64,000 nt of DNA from Phaeosaccion multiseriatum (taxonomy: Eukaryota > Protista > Ochrophyta, other classes): the NCBI GenBank assembly GCA_965112735.1, contig OZ218953.1, forward strand, positions 2,356,001-2,420,000, read 5' to 3'. Shown here in pieces: positions 1 to 17,535 of the stretch. The translations under genes were made by a program, and so were the position numbers. The notes beneath the pieces are model-generated. The model made no database searches, was not told the DNA's origin, and was given only the letters and a program-made list of their open reading frames with translations. The first letter of the stretch is position 1. Each line of letters starts with the position of its first letter.

Positions 1-287
1 TCAATATTGCCTGTCTGCATGTCTGCCTGTCTACCCGTCTCTGCCTTGTTCGGGGTGGCTTTGGTGTGTGTATCCGTGGCGCGCACCTCCATGGCTTGTG
101 CTTTGGGAGAATGTTGTGCTTTGGGATGCGAGTAGTACCGCTGGAGAACCAACGTGCATAGATCGATAGAACCCACGGGTGCTTTTTCCCTTTTCATCTC
201 CTCTGTACAATGTACTTCTTCCGCCGGGTAACCCTCCTGCCTCTGCTTCCTGACCATTGTCGTGACTACTGATGCCGCTGTCGAGCA

Positions 288-1257
288 GAGCGATCTTGCG
301 GAGACTCGTGGCCAGCTGGAGAAGGCCAAACAGATGCTCAAGAACGCGGGCGTCAACTTCGGCAACCAGCTCAGGGATATGGGCAGGTGAGGGAGTTGAG
401 TGAGTGAGCATGGAAAAGAACGGGACGCCAAAGAAGCGAAGCAAGCGGTATCTCTTTTTCGTTTTCTTCGATCGGTCGTTTCGACCCCTTGCACCGCCAC
501 CGCCCTCCCGTCCCGTCCCCTCCCCTCCCCCGACTCCGGCTCCATTCGCTCAATTGCTGCCCCTTGCTGACTTGCCCTCCACTGTCATCCCCCGCCGTCT
601 GTGGGCAGGTCCAGGCACATGTTCGAGAAGCCCAGCAGTGACAAGCCCAGCACCGGCGGCTCAGAGGGCGCAGGGGCGACGAGCCCTCCGGCTGCGATGA
701 CACCTCCGGCTGCTCCAAGGGAAGCGGCAAGGGTGGTCACCGCTCCTGCTGCGGCAAGGGTGGGCACCGCTACGGCTGCGGCTAAGGAGGGGGCAGGTGC
801 GACTATGCGCCCGATGGTACCTCCGGCTGGTGCTACGGGGGGGGCAGGGGTGAGCAACCCTCCGGTTGCTGCTGCTGCAAGGGTGGTCACCTCTCCGGGT
901 GTTGCTGCTGCAGGGGCTGTGCCGACTGCGGCTGCGGTTACGGAGGACGCAGGGGCGACCACCACCCCTCCAACTGATCGCTACGCACGCGCGTCCCACA
1001 ACCCCAAGAGGGAGAAGAAGAAGGCGCGGAAGGAGGACGAGGAGATGGGAAAGCTGGACATTAAGAGGGAGGCAAGGAAGGAGGCGGAAGAGGCCAGGGG
1101 GGGGCAGGTAGAAGAGGGAAAGAAGGAGACGGTAACGGCGGAGCAGGGGACCAAGGAGGTGAAGGCCCAAGTAGAAACGGTCAAGGCGGAGAAGCGGAGC
1201 TGGGGGAAGGGGCAAGTGAAGGGGACTAAGGAGGAGAAGGGGCAAGAAAAGAAATGA
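288..1257 (+). CDS. 3' exons of an unknown protein (Ala/Gly-rich repeats, Lys/Glu-rich tail); 5' part probably upstream of the window
   Basis: Exon ~288-386 (SDLAETRGQLEKAKQMLKNAGVNFGNQLRDMG) ends at AG|GTGAGG. It joins in phase via GCAG| at 608 to the 609-1257 frame, which ends at TGA. Confidence 0.45.
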
Positions 1258-1585
1258 GCGAGGCTGACCCCGATAGGAAGGAGCAAGGCCCTGAAGCTAA
1301 ATAGAAGCGGGGGCCAATGGAGGAGACTTGGGCGAAGCACCACTCTCCCTGTTGGCTTAGCTTAGCTCAACTTAGCTCAGCTCGATGAAAACAACGTCTG
1401 CAGTTGCATTGTCTCTCAGGCAGATTGGGGCCCTGAGGGGTTAGGGTAGGTTTAAGCATGGTTTACGGATGGGCATGATGGAATCACCGCCAACAGCCAA
1501 CGAAGGGGAAGTGGCATATACATGTGATGCGTGATCAAATTTTGGGTGCTTGAGTAGTTTAGTTCCCCCCAATTAAAAGGGTTTG

Positions 1586-1802
1586 TCGGCCCCTGACATG
1601 CTTCTGAGACAGGCCAGCCCAGAAGCAGGAAGTAGGCCGGCTGGCGCCGGCCAGAAGCAGGAAGCACCCTTGGCCCTCATCATTGCCTTATTATATGGCT
1701 TTCCCCCAGAACCTGGAACCTGCCTGGCCGGCTGGCGCCGGCCAAAAGCCAGCCGGCCAAAAGCAGGAAGCAGGGTCGCCTCAGAAGCATGTCAGGGGCC
1801 GA
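1586..1802. mobile_element. MITE / non-autonomous DNA transposon, 217 bp
   Basis: Perfect 23-bp inverted repeats TCGGCCCCTGACATGCTTCTGAG (1586-1608) and CTCAGAAGCATGTCAGGGGCCGA (1780-1802), flanked by the direct repeat GGTTTG (1580-1585, 1803-1808). The internal motifs GGCCGGCTGGCGCCGGCCA and AAGCAGGAAG are repeated. Confidence 0.8.
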
Positions 1803-2221
1803 GGTTTGAGCTGCGTCGAGAGGATCTCGAGCGTGAAGGAAGTTAAGATGCAATTTCAGTTTCAAGTCTCGACTCTCCGGATACTGGGCAGTGTGGAGGG
1901 GAGAGGCAGGAGTGAGAAGAAAAGAGCGCACACACACACACACACACACAGTGGGAGGAGGGGAGGAAGGGGGCGAAGATCCACAGAGGCGGGTCAAAAG
2001 GTTGGGGCAAGTCCAGTTCGCAGTTTCAGATGGTTGGGAAATTTTAACTTTTTTTCCATACAATGCTCTTCGGCAGGGCCCTCACTCTCGCCTTAGTTGT
2101 GCCCGCTCGATCCTTCTCAGTCGTCTCTGGTCCTCGGAGAGCACTCAAGCGTCAGTGCGTATTACTTTCTCGACTGAGCAGCGGCAGCGGCAGGAGCAGC
2201 AGCAGTAGCAGATCTTTCAAC

Positions 2222-7097
<4,876 letters not shown>

Positions 7098-7106
<9 letters not shown>

Positions 7107-7257
7107 CCTAAGCAATCAAGCAGTGAGTGCAGCCGTGACCTAAGCAGTCAAGCAGTGAGTGCAGCCCTGACCTAAGCAGTCAAGCAGTGAGTGCAGCCCT
7201 GACCTAAGCAGTCAAGCAGTGAGTGCAGCCCTGACCTAAGCAGTCAAGCAGTGAGTG
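7098..7257 (+). repeat. 32-bp tandem repeat x5 spanning the ALDH stop codon
   Basis: Unit CAGCCCTGACCTAAGCAGTCAAGCAGTGAGTG; the first copy contains the TGA at 7104-7106. Confidence 0.95.
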
Positions 7258-7940
7258 TGGTAGGCCCATCCAACGCGTGAAGGGTGAACAGTCTGAATGA
7301 GGGGGGGGGGGAGGCGATCCAGCGTGCGTGCGAGTTGTGAGGGGTGCGGGCGTGTATATGCACACAATCAACATGTATGAAACAGCACACCTGAACCCAT
7401 GGCTTTGCGGTGTGTGTATCTAAAGCTTCCATCGCACACTCTCCACACCCCCGCGTGGGGTGGATGGACAAGGTGTGTCTGCTTGGCGGCGCGGCTCGGC
7501 TACCCCGCTCGGCCTTGTCTGTGCGCGTTGTCACATTGCTCAGAGGGCAGACAGGTATCAGACATAGACGGCTGATGGATATGAGCGGGTAGATTTTCCT
7601 CTTTCCTATTTCATACGTAGCACTACGTAGTCATAAAACACACACACACAAGTCGGGCCAGTGGGAAGGTAGTGGGCTGTATTACCCTATCCTTTGAAAT
7701 GAAGGACAAGATCCTCTCAACACAAGAGAGAAGCCAACAACCGTACATCCTCCTCCTCTCGGCCCAGACTCGGGACGCAGCGCAGCGCCACAACACACAA
7801 CCACATGGCCTCACACAGACAGACAGACAGGCAGACACAGAGAGAGGCAGACAGAATGAGAGAGACAGAGAAACAGAGAGCAACAACAGAAGACTGGGAT
7901 AGAGAAGCAAGCGTCAAGCCAAGGCCTGGGGGCTGCTATG

Positions 7941-10900
7941 CTATCTCCAATCGGGCCGCTCCGCCTGCTGCTGCCCCCCTCCCTCCACCTCCTCCTCCCT
8001 CTTCCTCGCTGCGGCCATGCTGGTGGCAATCCGCTTAATGTATCCGGGACAGGCTTTGGTCTGCGGTGCGAAGGTACACTGCGCCACCTCCTCCATCTCC
8101 ACCTGCTTGGCGCGCCGGAGAGAGGCTTCTTCCTTCTCCATCAAATCCCTCTGGAAAGGTTGGACGGTTGTGTTGGGGTGGGGTGGGTAGTCGGATGAGT
8201 GGGTGGGTGGACGAGTGGGTAGGTTGCGAGTGGGTGGGTGGGGGGGGGGAGACACAACACAGTCAGTTCTCATCGCGCTGTTTGTTGGAAACGTGATGCC
8301 GTCATGTCTGAGTACGTATGTACATGTGTGTGTGTGTGTCTGTGTGAATGGAGCTTCTCCGCCTGCTACCTCCGTCTCCTGTCTGCTTCCCGGCCGGCAA
8401 CGAGCAACGCACACACCTACGCTCTCCCAAAACCTACATTTCCTCTCATCGTGAAGGCCTTCTCATGGCCGGATATCTGCCTCTATCTCTATGCATGCAC
8501 GCACACACAAACCCACGCACGCACCTGCACCCGTTCCAGATACTGGTCCGGCCTGGTGGTGAGCTGCAGCCTGCCGTTGGTCCTCCGGGCGGCAGCGCTG
8601 TCCCTGTTGGTCATGGGTTCGAATGTAATACCGCTGAGCTGATCCTGCTCCGCCCTTAGCTTGACGAGGCGCTGGGTGGTCTCGCGCTTGAGCTGATCCC
8701 CTCGGGACATCTGCACTGCCGAGCGCCCCTTGCGCGTCTGCGCCATAGGAGTGATCTCGGGCTTGCCGGTGAACTCGGGGTCCATCGCCGCCGCCGCTTT
8801 GAGCCGCACCTGTTCCGGGGGGGGTGGGGGATAGATTGAGGATAGAGGGTGCGGAGAGAGAGAGGGTTTGTGTATGTGTGTGTGTGCGTGTGAGTGTGTA
8901 GTGTGTGAGAAAAAGGTGTATGTATGTTAGAGAGAGATGGTGAGACAGAGGGAGTGTCTCCAAGGGTTGAGCCCAGAGAGAGAGAGGGAAGGTCTCAAGG
9001 GCTTGAGCTCCAGTCTACCTCACCTGTTGGTGCTCCATACGCACGGCGTCGCGAGCGACCCTCTGCAGAAAGGAGCCCTTGTTGCTGGACTCGTGCATCT
9101 TGATGCTGTGTCTGCACAGCTCGGGCTTGAAAGTGGGCACGCTTCGGCTACCCATGTCCGAGAGCTGAGCAGCGTAGGGACAGGAACAGGGATGCGCGGG
9201 CAGGGCGGCACGAAACAAGAAGAGAGCAGCAGCAGCAGCAGCAGCAGTAGCAGCAGTAGCAGCAGCAGCAAGAGGAGGAGGAGGAGGAGGAGGAGGAGGA
9301 GGAGGAGGAGGAGGAGGAGGAGGAGGAGGAGGAGGAGGAGGAGGAGGAGGAGGGATTAGTTGGCCGGATTTTCCGGCACATCGCACACAGCATTTCCCCA
9401 CCGCTGCTGTCCTTCCATCATTCATTCATTTCTCCCCTTCCCTTTCTCTACTCCCCTCTCCACCCACCCAATGAAAGCTCTGCTTGCTCCATCCACTCCA
9501 CGACCATCTCTCTCTCTCTCTCGCTCAGTCTCACCTTCTGTTGCCTCTTTCTCTCGCTCGCATTCTGACGAGTCAAAAACTGCTCGAAAGTCTCGCGTAT
9601 CTGCCCCTGAGACACGCTGCCATCCTCATAGCCAAAACCGTGCGATGCATCCTCCCCGTACCCCCCCCCTCCTCCTCCTCCTCCTCCTCCTTCTCCTTCC
9701 CCCCCTCTCCCTCCCCCCCCCCCTCCTCGTCGCCGCCGCCTTCCCCCGACCATTGCGGTTTCCGCTGCCTCTGCCTCCGCTGCCCTCTGCGCCGCTTGAA
9801 GAGCAGCTGCCCCGTGCGTCATCCAGTTGGGCCTTTCCTCGCCATTCTTGCCCTTACTATTGTCCTTATTGACAGTGCCGGCTGCCGAGGCGGAGGAGAG
9901 GAGAGACTCCGTGAGCCCCAGCTGCGAGTGGTCCTTACACGTGTCGTCACCCCCCGGCCCTGCAGCATTGGGCTTGGCTTTGCTGCTCCCAAAAGCCTGC
10001 AGCAGTACAGCCAAGCATATCAAAGCAACGCAAAGATCGACGAAGGAGCGATAACAAGACCGAAGGGCAGAAGACACATATACACACACAACACACACAA
10101 AAGAAGAAGACAGCAGCAGGGCAAGGAGTTTCGTTTGTCAATGGCCGGTCAGATCAGGGTGGGGCGAATATGGTCCAGCTGGGCGAGGAGGAGAAGAGAG
10201 AAAAGCACCAACTATGTGCCTGGTGGGTTGGAGTGGCCCCCTTTAGGAGAGAAGACAAAACGCAATGTCAAGCTTACCTTTCCGGTGAGTCTGTCGATGA
10301 CATTGTGCTGGAGATACTCCTCGGCATTGGGCATCTTGCCCTTGTTGGCCCCCCGGACCCCATTCACCTGAGGGGAGAAGGTGCACTCCTGAAGGCCGTT
10401 GGGCATGGGAGACGGCCTCACGCGATTGGACATGGAGAGCCCCAGAGAGTCGACTTGGGTCCTCTGAAGGGAGGGGGGGAAGGACGAGCAGACAAGCACA
10501 GTGTGAGTCACCTACACACACACACACATACACACACACATACATGCATACACATACACACACACACACACACACATCTCTCTCTCTCTCGCTCTCGCTC
10601 TACGACATGGAGCGGTGCTTACTTGCAGCGGAGGTGAATCGAATCGAAACGAATCCACTCGTGCTATGATTATGTGCTGTTCGTTACGTACCTCAGTGGC
10701 CTTCCACCCCTTCCTGGTGGATCCGTTGACCTTAGGCCGGAAGGTGCACTCCATCTCGAAAGCTTGTGCCTCCGCCGCCACCACCTCAGCCTCTGCTTCC
10801 GCGCGGTGCTCGTCTCTAAGAGGAAGGAACACACACCCACAAATACACACACACATGCAAACAAGCAGAGAGGATGAACGAAGGAAAGAGCCAACAACAA

Positions 10901-11330
10901 GAAGCGTCATGACCCAAAGAAAGAAGAGGTGGCCGCTCATGCGGTTGGGAAAGGCTCGCCGACTCAAATCTCGGGAACGGACTCCCAACCTACTCACATG
11001 CCTGCCTGGGGTCAGTGCGACACGCTTACCTTTTGTAACTGTCGGCGTTGAGTCTGACATAGATGGGAACGGAGTCCTCCCCCTCGTCCTCGCGCCTCAT
11101 CTGCAAGCAGAGTAGAAAAGATTGTACATAAGGAACGAAGCGGTCGTGGTGAGGAGTGCGACTGGTGGTGAGGAGCTCGTCTAGAGTTAGCTGTCTCTCA
11201 GTAGACGGGTGCAAGCATGCGATATCGATACCATTCAAGGCAAGGCAGGCACTGGCTGCACCGTCATACACCCTTTCAAGACACCCCTCTCACAAATACT
11301 ACCCTACCGCCTCCACACCCCAGACAGTAT

Positions 11331-11370
<40 letters not shown>

Positions 11371-13435
11371 ACACCTGTGCGGCCTTCCTGCTGTTGGGGT
11401 TGATGGCGGGTTGAAAGGTGCACTCCTCCAACAAGCGCTCCTGCGTGTCTGTGCTGCGCACCATGGCGCCCTCTTTCTTGTCCCTTGTCCAATTGTCCAC
11501 CCGCTGCAGGAAGGGCATGCCCTTGTACTTGCGCGCTCCGTAGCCGTGGGGCAGCTCTTTGATACGGGGTTTGAAAGTGCACTCGCTCATTATCTCCTAA
11601 AGCGTGGGGTGGGTGGGGTGAGTGCGTGGTGGGGGGATGGGGACGGGGAGAGAGGGGGAGAGGGAGGGAGGGAGGAGGGTGGAGGAGGCATGTGGGGCAC
11701 AGGTGGGGCACAGGTGGAGCAGAAGGTGAGCAGAGGAGGGGCGGTTGGGCGCGTGGCTTTGCGCTGCGGTTCCTCTGGTCCGGCTTAAGTCAACGTCGTT
11801 GACGACAAAATCAAAGACAACAGCCCTCCCTCCTCCGTGCCCTCATGCGAGCAGCACCACTCTACTACCATCCACTACCATCCTGGCTGGCTGGTTGGTG
11901 CGGCTGGCGGCACGACACTCACTTGTCGCACGAGCTCCTCTGCCCTCCTGGCGCGCTCCTCACTGAAGGAGCGGAACTCGTAGGCATTCTCGTCCACCCC
12001 TGTGGGCCGGAAGTCGGCCGCAGTCAGGCCCTGGGAAGACGGAAGATGGAGAAAAGCAGTAGCCACGACGGACATATATACACACACAGAGGAGGGAGAG
12101 AATGCACCGAGAGAGAAAGGGAAGAGAAGAGAGACAGAGATGCAAACAGAGAGAGTGAGTGAGAGGGATAGAGAGAGAAGAGAGATACAGAGAGAGGGGG
12201 ACATGCCCTGTCTGGAGGTTACCACAGAAGCAGCCCCTGAAGCCTGCCTGAATGCAGAATCCAGGGGCGGCAGTGGCACACACACACCCACACACACACC
12301 TCCCACTAACTGTCTTCGCTGTTGCACAGACTTGGCTGGCCTGCAGGATAGTTAAGTCTCTCTCCCCCACCCTCACCTCGTGGAAAGTGTGTGCAAGCAC
12401 ACCCCCCCCTTGGTGCTGCTGTTGGTACTCCATCTGCGGTCTATACAGCTCCCCGGCCGTCATGCCAAAGCGCTGACGAGCGGCTGAGTCGGGGACGGGG
12501 CTGCGCATTGGAGAGGCCTCCCCATAGGCCTCCATCTGCTCCGTCTGTGCCTGCTGCTGCTGAGGCGAACTGGTGTACAGCACATTGGCGGGGCCTCCAG
12601 CGCCCACCTGAGGTGCAATGGAGGAGACAGGCCCCTCTCCCCACGCTTGTGGCACATAGCCGGGCTGCTGCTGCTGCTGCGTGCCGTATGGCATGCCCGC
12701 AGGGGTGTGCTGCTGCATCCCTTCCCCTCCGGCTCCAGCAGCTGCTGAGCTGTTTCTTCTCCGCTTCTCCTCGATAATGCGGTTGATGATTGCCTTTCGG
12801 TCCTCCCCTGTGAATGTCCCAAAAGTAGCTGGGGACGCATGCTGCAGCTGTTGCTGCTGTTGTTGTTGTGGTTGATGGTGTTGCTGTTGTTGCTGCTGCT
12901 GCTGCTGCACAAATAGCTCGTATTGCTGCTGCAGGTGGTGTTGTTGTTGCTGCTGCTGCATACTAGCTCCTCCTCCCCCTCCATTTGACTCCGTGGTATT
13001 CACCGTACCGTCCTCCACGTTCGCCGCCCCCTCCCCCCCCCCTCCTCCTCCCCCTCCCCCTGCTTCCAAAGGGGTGTCCTTGGCGTCTCCATCCGCGTCG
13101 TAGGAAATCTCCTTCAACTGCGAGAAGAGCTGCCCCTTGCTAATCTGGCCTGTCTGCAGCTTGCTCACCAGCTCCGAGATCATGCTGCTACGCTCCTGAG
13201 GCCCCGTCACGGTGCTTACTGCCGTGTTGGTGGAGGGTGCCGTCGACGACATTGCGTCCTGGCTGTCATTGTCGTTGACAGAGCCTGGATTGTGGCCGGA
13301 GGGGATCGGTTCGGCCATCATCGTGGCTGCTTTGCTCCTTCCAGCCTGAAGATCTGGTCTGATGCTCCCTTCTTTCTCCTCCTCCTTGTCAAGTCGAGAT
13401 TCTGAGCGGCGCTCTGAAGCTGCAGCAGAGCGCAA
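7941..13435 (-). CDS. Multi-exon uncharacterised protein with repeated (E)CTFxP motifs and a Gln-rich N-terminus; start codon uncertain (about 13322-13435)
   Basis: Successive exons contain ECTFKPRI, ECTFQPAIN, ECTFRPKVN, ECTFSPQVN, PTFKPEL, EFTGKPEI, ITFEPMT and QCTFAPQTK, with GT-AG junctions. Stop at 7941. Confidence 0.75.
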
Positions 13436-13739
13436 TAGACGCTGGAAATTTCACTCGAGGTGGTGGAGAGACTCGTACTCCATCCTCCCTCCCCTCACGT
13501 CCCCAAAGTGTTCCTGTAATGATGTAGATATACAATTGTGTCGTCTCTCTCTTCCGGTGGAAAACGTCTGAGTAGGTCGATTTTTTTAATCGATCACTTC
13601 GACATCTGAGGACTCTCAACTGACATCATTTTTATAAACACACACAGCCGCACAACAACGACAAAGGGAACTTTATTTCAGTTTTTTTTTTTTTTTTTTT
13701 GGTCCCCCTCCATCTCCCGCTCCTGCTCTTGACGGAGCA

Positions 13740-14962
13740 ATGCGACTGCTACTGACGCTATGTGCGTCCTTCGCGCCCGCATACGCGTTCCTGGCAAGCA
13801 GTGCTGCGAGGTCAAACCTTGGGCTTCTGCGGAAGGGACCTCCCGCGCTGGTGCGCTCGTCGAGCCCATCCTCGCGGCTCTCTGCCGTGGACGAGATTGC
13901 AGCGCCGCTCCTGCTGCTGTCGAACATGGAGACTGACCTCATCGAGAGTGCTGCGATCTCGGCAGACTCCTCCGCGGTGGTAGTCTCGGCCGCTGCAGTT
14001 TCTGCGGGAAATGGCGTGGTGGAATCCTTCCAAAATCTATGGGGCTCTTACAACGTCTTGCTGGAAACGGAGCCGTACAATACGGACGTCGCCACCTCTG
14101 CCTCCATGTGTAAGTACTAATTTTTGGTCGACTTGCTCGCTGTGCTCTCTCTCGCTGCCTCGCTGGCTGCTGCAATATTGATCTCTGACTGGTTTTGAAC
14201 TGCCCCATCCTAACCCCACAGATTGCGTCTCCGAGACGGTGTCCAGCGCGGTGGCCAGGAAGTTGAAGCTCAAGAGGCTGGTGCGATTCTTGGGGTTTGG
14301 CGTCGTGGATGGAAACATGGCCCACTTTTGGTACCATACCTTGGACACGGTAATCACAGGCAACACCCCTTTGGAGATTGCAGAGAAGGTGGTTCTGGAC
14401 AGCTCCCTCTACACCAGCATCTACACGGCCCTATTTCTCCTCTTGATGCCCTTGATGGATGGCAAGGGCTGGAGTGGCGCCGTCAGCCGGCTGCGGGGGG
14501 ACTACAAGGAAATGGGTGAGTCTGACCAAGGAGTTTGGCGGGAAGGAGGCGGGGAGGAGGGAGGGGCAGGGGTCGCTGGCACTCGACGAGGAGCCGCTGC
14601 TTGCTTTGAATATCCTCCTGTCGCGTGTGCCTGTTCACCCCCCCCTCTCTCTCTCTCTCTCTCCCTCCCTCTTTCTCTCTATCTCTCGCCCTCTCTCTCT
14701 AACGCTCCACTCCCCGCTTTCCTTGTCCCGTCTGTCTGTCTGGCCAGTGACCCTGTCCGTCGGGGTGTGGGCCCCCTACAACGTCCTTCTGTACTCCTTT
14801 GTGCCCCTGGAGGACCGGGTGCTGTGCACATCCGTTGCCATCTTCCTCTACACGCTGGGTCTGAGCTGGTGGGACGCTAAGAAGCTGGCGGAGCAGCCGC
14901 TGGGAGGGGAGGGCAGGGGTGAGGGCAAGGGCGAGGGCAAAGGTACCGCTGCTGGTACGTGA
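13740..14962 (+). CDS. Mpv17/PMP22 family membrane protein with a predicted bipartite (signal + transit) presequence, 3 exons
   Basis: WGSYNVLLETEPYNT...RLVRFLGFGVVDGNMAHFWYHTLD...EKVVLD...VWAPYNVLLYSFVPLEDRVL matches the Mpv17 pattern. The N-terminus MRLLLTLCASFAPAYA|F resembles the heterokont ASAFAP-type cleavage site. Confidence 0.88.
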
Positions 14963-15561
14963 GCGAGGCATCCAACAAAGGTTGTGTTAAGTTCTTGTCC
15001 CCCTACTGGGCGGCCAAACATGTCTGCGCTGGCAGTCAGAGGGAGGGTGGGTGCAGGCGAGAGTCGTGCTCGTACCTCCTCCGCTTCTGGACCAGGCTCC
15101 ATCTACACTCAGCCCTCGACGGGCCACTCGCTGGCTGTCGGTGTCCGATTGGACCCATGGCTGCTACGCCTAGTGGAGGACACTCGCCTCCGCAGTGCTG
15201 CCGATTTTCGCCAGAGAGAGAGAGAGAGAGAGATGAGAGAACGAGGACAGAAGAGAGCCTGCACCCGGAATATGTTGCCGTACCCTCCTTGGGTAGACCT
15301 CGAGCGTGAGGGTACGAGCAGTAGCGGATCAGACGAGCAAAGAGAGCGAGGGCTTGCGAGGGCTTGCGGAGCCTATTCCAAGCGAAACTGTGCCCTTGCC
15401 GATTTCGTGGCACCCCGGTCCACCCACGCGTGAGATCCGAAGAGACATGAGTAAGCGCAGGAGGGCCCAAGGCGAAGGGTATCATCATGTCGCCACTGTT
15501 GTGGCCAGAGTACTGCACCGAGTTGGCCACGGCAGCCACAGCAGCTCCCCGATTGAGTAGA

Positions 15562-16128
15562 GGACTTTTTTTACGCCAAATGACGATTGCTTTAACCCCC
15601 TTTTAAACGACGTTTGAACCCTTTTTGACCCCCTTTAAAGCCCTGTTTGACGTCAGCATGCCTGATGTTGACGGCTCTCTTCCCTCGGGTGGCCTGAACG
15701 TGGACGGCTCCCTTCCCTCTGGAGAGCTCCCCTCGGGTAGCCTGGATGTGAATGCCCCCAAGCTGGACGGCAGCATGCCTAGCGTGGACGGCTCGCTTCC
15801 CTCGGGTGGCGTGAACGTGGATGGCTCCCTTCCCTCTGGAGAGCTCCCCTCTCCTGCTGCGGCGCTTCAGTCTTTCTGATTGTCATGCTGACCACCCCTT
15901 GGCAAAGTGCACAAGGCAAGAGACAGTTGAGAGGCAGAGAAGTAAAGTAGACAAGCAGAGAGGGACAAGAGGCCGTCGACACCAAGGCAGGCAGCGCCTC
16001 GTCCATGGGCGTCAAAGGGCGTCAAAGAGCGTCAAACAGGGGGCTCAAGTGTCGACAAACGTCGTCAAACGTCGTCAAAGTAATCGTCATTTGGCGTCAA
16101 AAAAAAAACACGGGGCGTCAAAAGTGCC
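15562..16128. mobile_element. Possible non-autonomous element with imperfect TIRs carrying a protein-repeat fragment
   Basis: Left ACGCCAAATGACGATTGCTTT (~15573) is nearly the reverse complement of right AAAGTAATCGTCATTTGGCGT (~16077-16097). TTTGAC/GTCAAA subterminal repeats lie in opposite orientation on the two sides. No clear TSD. Confidence 0.5.
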
Positions 16129-16163
16129 ACTCAACCGCGAAATCACAGTAAGGGAGGTCAAAG

Positions 16164-17244
16164 TGTCGAGAGCTACATCGAGAGGACAAGACTACACAAT
16201 GGCTGCGGCACCTGACGAGGTCAGTAAGCAAGGCATGTATAACCCTTTATGCTGCTGGCTCATGACATTTGTTCTTCGTGCTTTGCCTTTCTCCCTTTTC
16301 TCACCCTCAGTCCAGAGCTCCCAGTCGGGTTCCAAAAGCCCCTCTTAAGCAGGACGATGAGAGGCCGGAGAAGGCAGATAATACTCCTGAAGCGAAAATG
16401 TCGGAGGAGCACGACCAGCAGCACACCGAGGTTGGTGTGTTGCTGCTCTCGTCTTGCTTAGTCTATTCCACGTAGAGAGAAGAGACCCCACGTTGTTTGG
16501 GAAAATGTACCGCCTAAGCAATACCCCTCTACCCCTCTCTCTCCTTTTTTTGTGACTGGCTGTGTACAGGAGATTCCCCCTCAGAAGAAAGCACGCTAGA
16601 GCAGGACACACCGGAGGAGGAGGAGGAGCTTCCCGGGGACGAAGAAGGGTACCGCAGCCAGGCGGTTAGCGGGAGTGAGTGCACGCAGCTTGAGGAGAGC
16701 AGCCAATCAGAAGAAGACGACGAGTGCTCCAGCGGGACGGGCACCCTGCAGGAATATTGCTTCCTGCAGGGTGCCCGTCCCGCTGGAGCACTCGTCGTCT
16801 TCATCGACTGCTACTCCTCAAGCTGTGTGCACTCACTCCCGCGAACCGCCTGGCTGCGGTACCCTTCTTCGTCCCCGGGAAGCTCCTCCTCCTCCTCCGG
16901 TGTGTCCTGCTCTAGCGTGCTTTCTTCCGAGGGGGAATCTCCTGTACACACCCAGTCACAAAAAAAGGAGCAAAGGAGGGAGAGGAGCGAGAGAGAGGGG
17001 TAGAGGGGTATTGCTTAGGCGGTACATTTTCCCAAACAACGTGGGGTCTCTTCTCTCTCTACGTGGAATAGACTACAGTTGTAAGCTGGTCGTGCTCCTC
17101 CGACATTTTCGCTTCAGGAGGAGTATCTGCATTCTCCGGCCCCTCATCGTCCTGCTTAAGAGGGGCTTCTGGAACCCGACTGGCAGCTCTGGAGACTGAG
17201 GGTGAGATGGAAGTCCGTCGCTCCTCTCGATGTAGCTCTCGACA
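16164..17244. repeat. Long fold-back inverted duplication (arms about 450 bp, 6-nt loop at 16755-16760)
   Basis: 16299-16754 is the near reverse complement of 16761-17207. An additional 23-bp match pairs 16164-16186 with 17222-17244. Confidence 0.95.
16199..16760 (+). pseudogene. Truncated 5' fragment of an acidic-protein gene forming the left arm of the palindrome
   Basis: ATG 16199 (MAAAPDE|GT), acceptor at 16310, exon SRAPSRVPKAP...HTE|GT, and a later exon GDSPSEESTLEQDTPEEEEE...TLQEY that ends at the symmetry centre. Confidence 0.5.
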
Positions 17245-17535
17245 TCTTTTTTTCCTTTAGAATCCTTTTTTTCTTTAAGTTTCCCCCACAAAGGAGTACT
17301 CTAAGAAAAGAAGTGGAATAAGCCTGCTTTATTTTCGCAGGCTGCCATGGCTGCGCTTTGATACCTGCGTTGACTACACTAATAACGACATGTAAAGGTC
17401 ATAATTTTAGAAGGTTGGGTTGAGGGCTGTTGAGGGGCTGTTGAGGGGGAAGAAAAACATTCCTTGACATATTTTCACCTGCTGACATACGAGACACGTG
17501 ACTCCGCAGGGGGAGGGGAAAAACAAACCTTTTCC

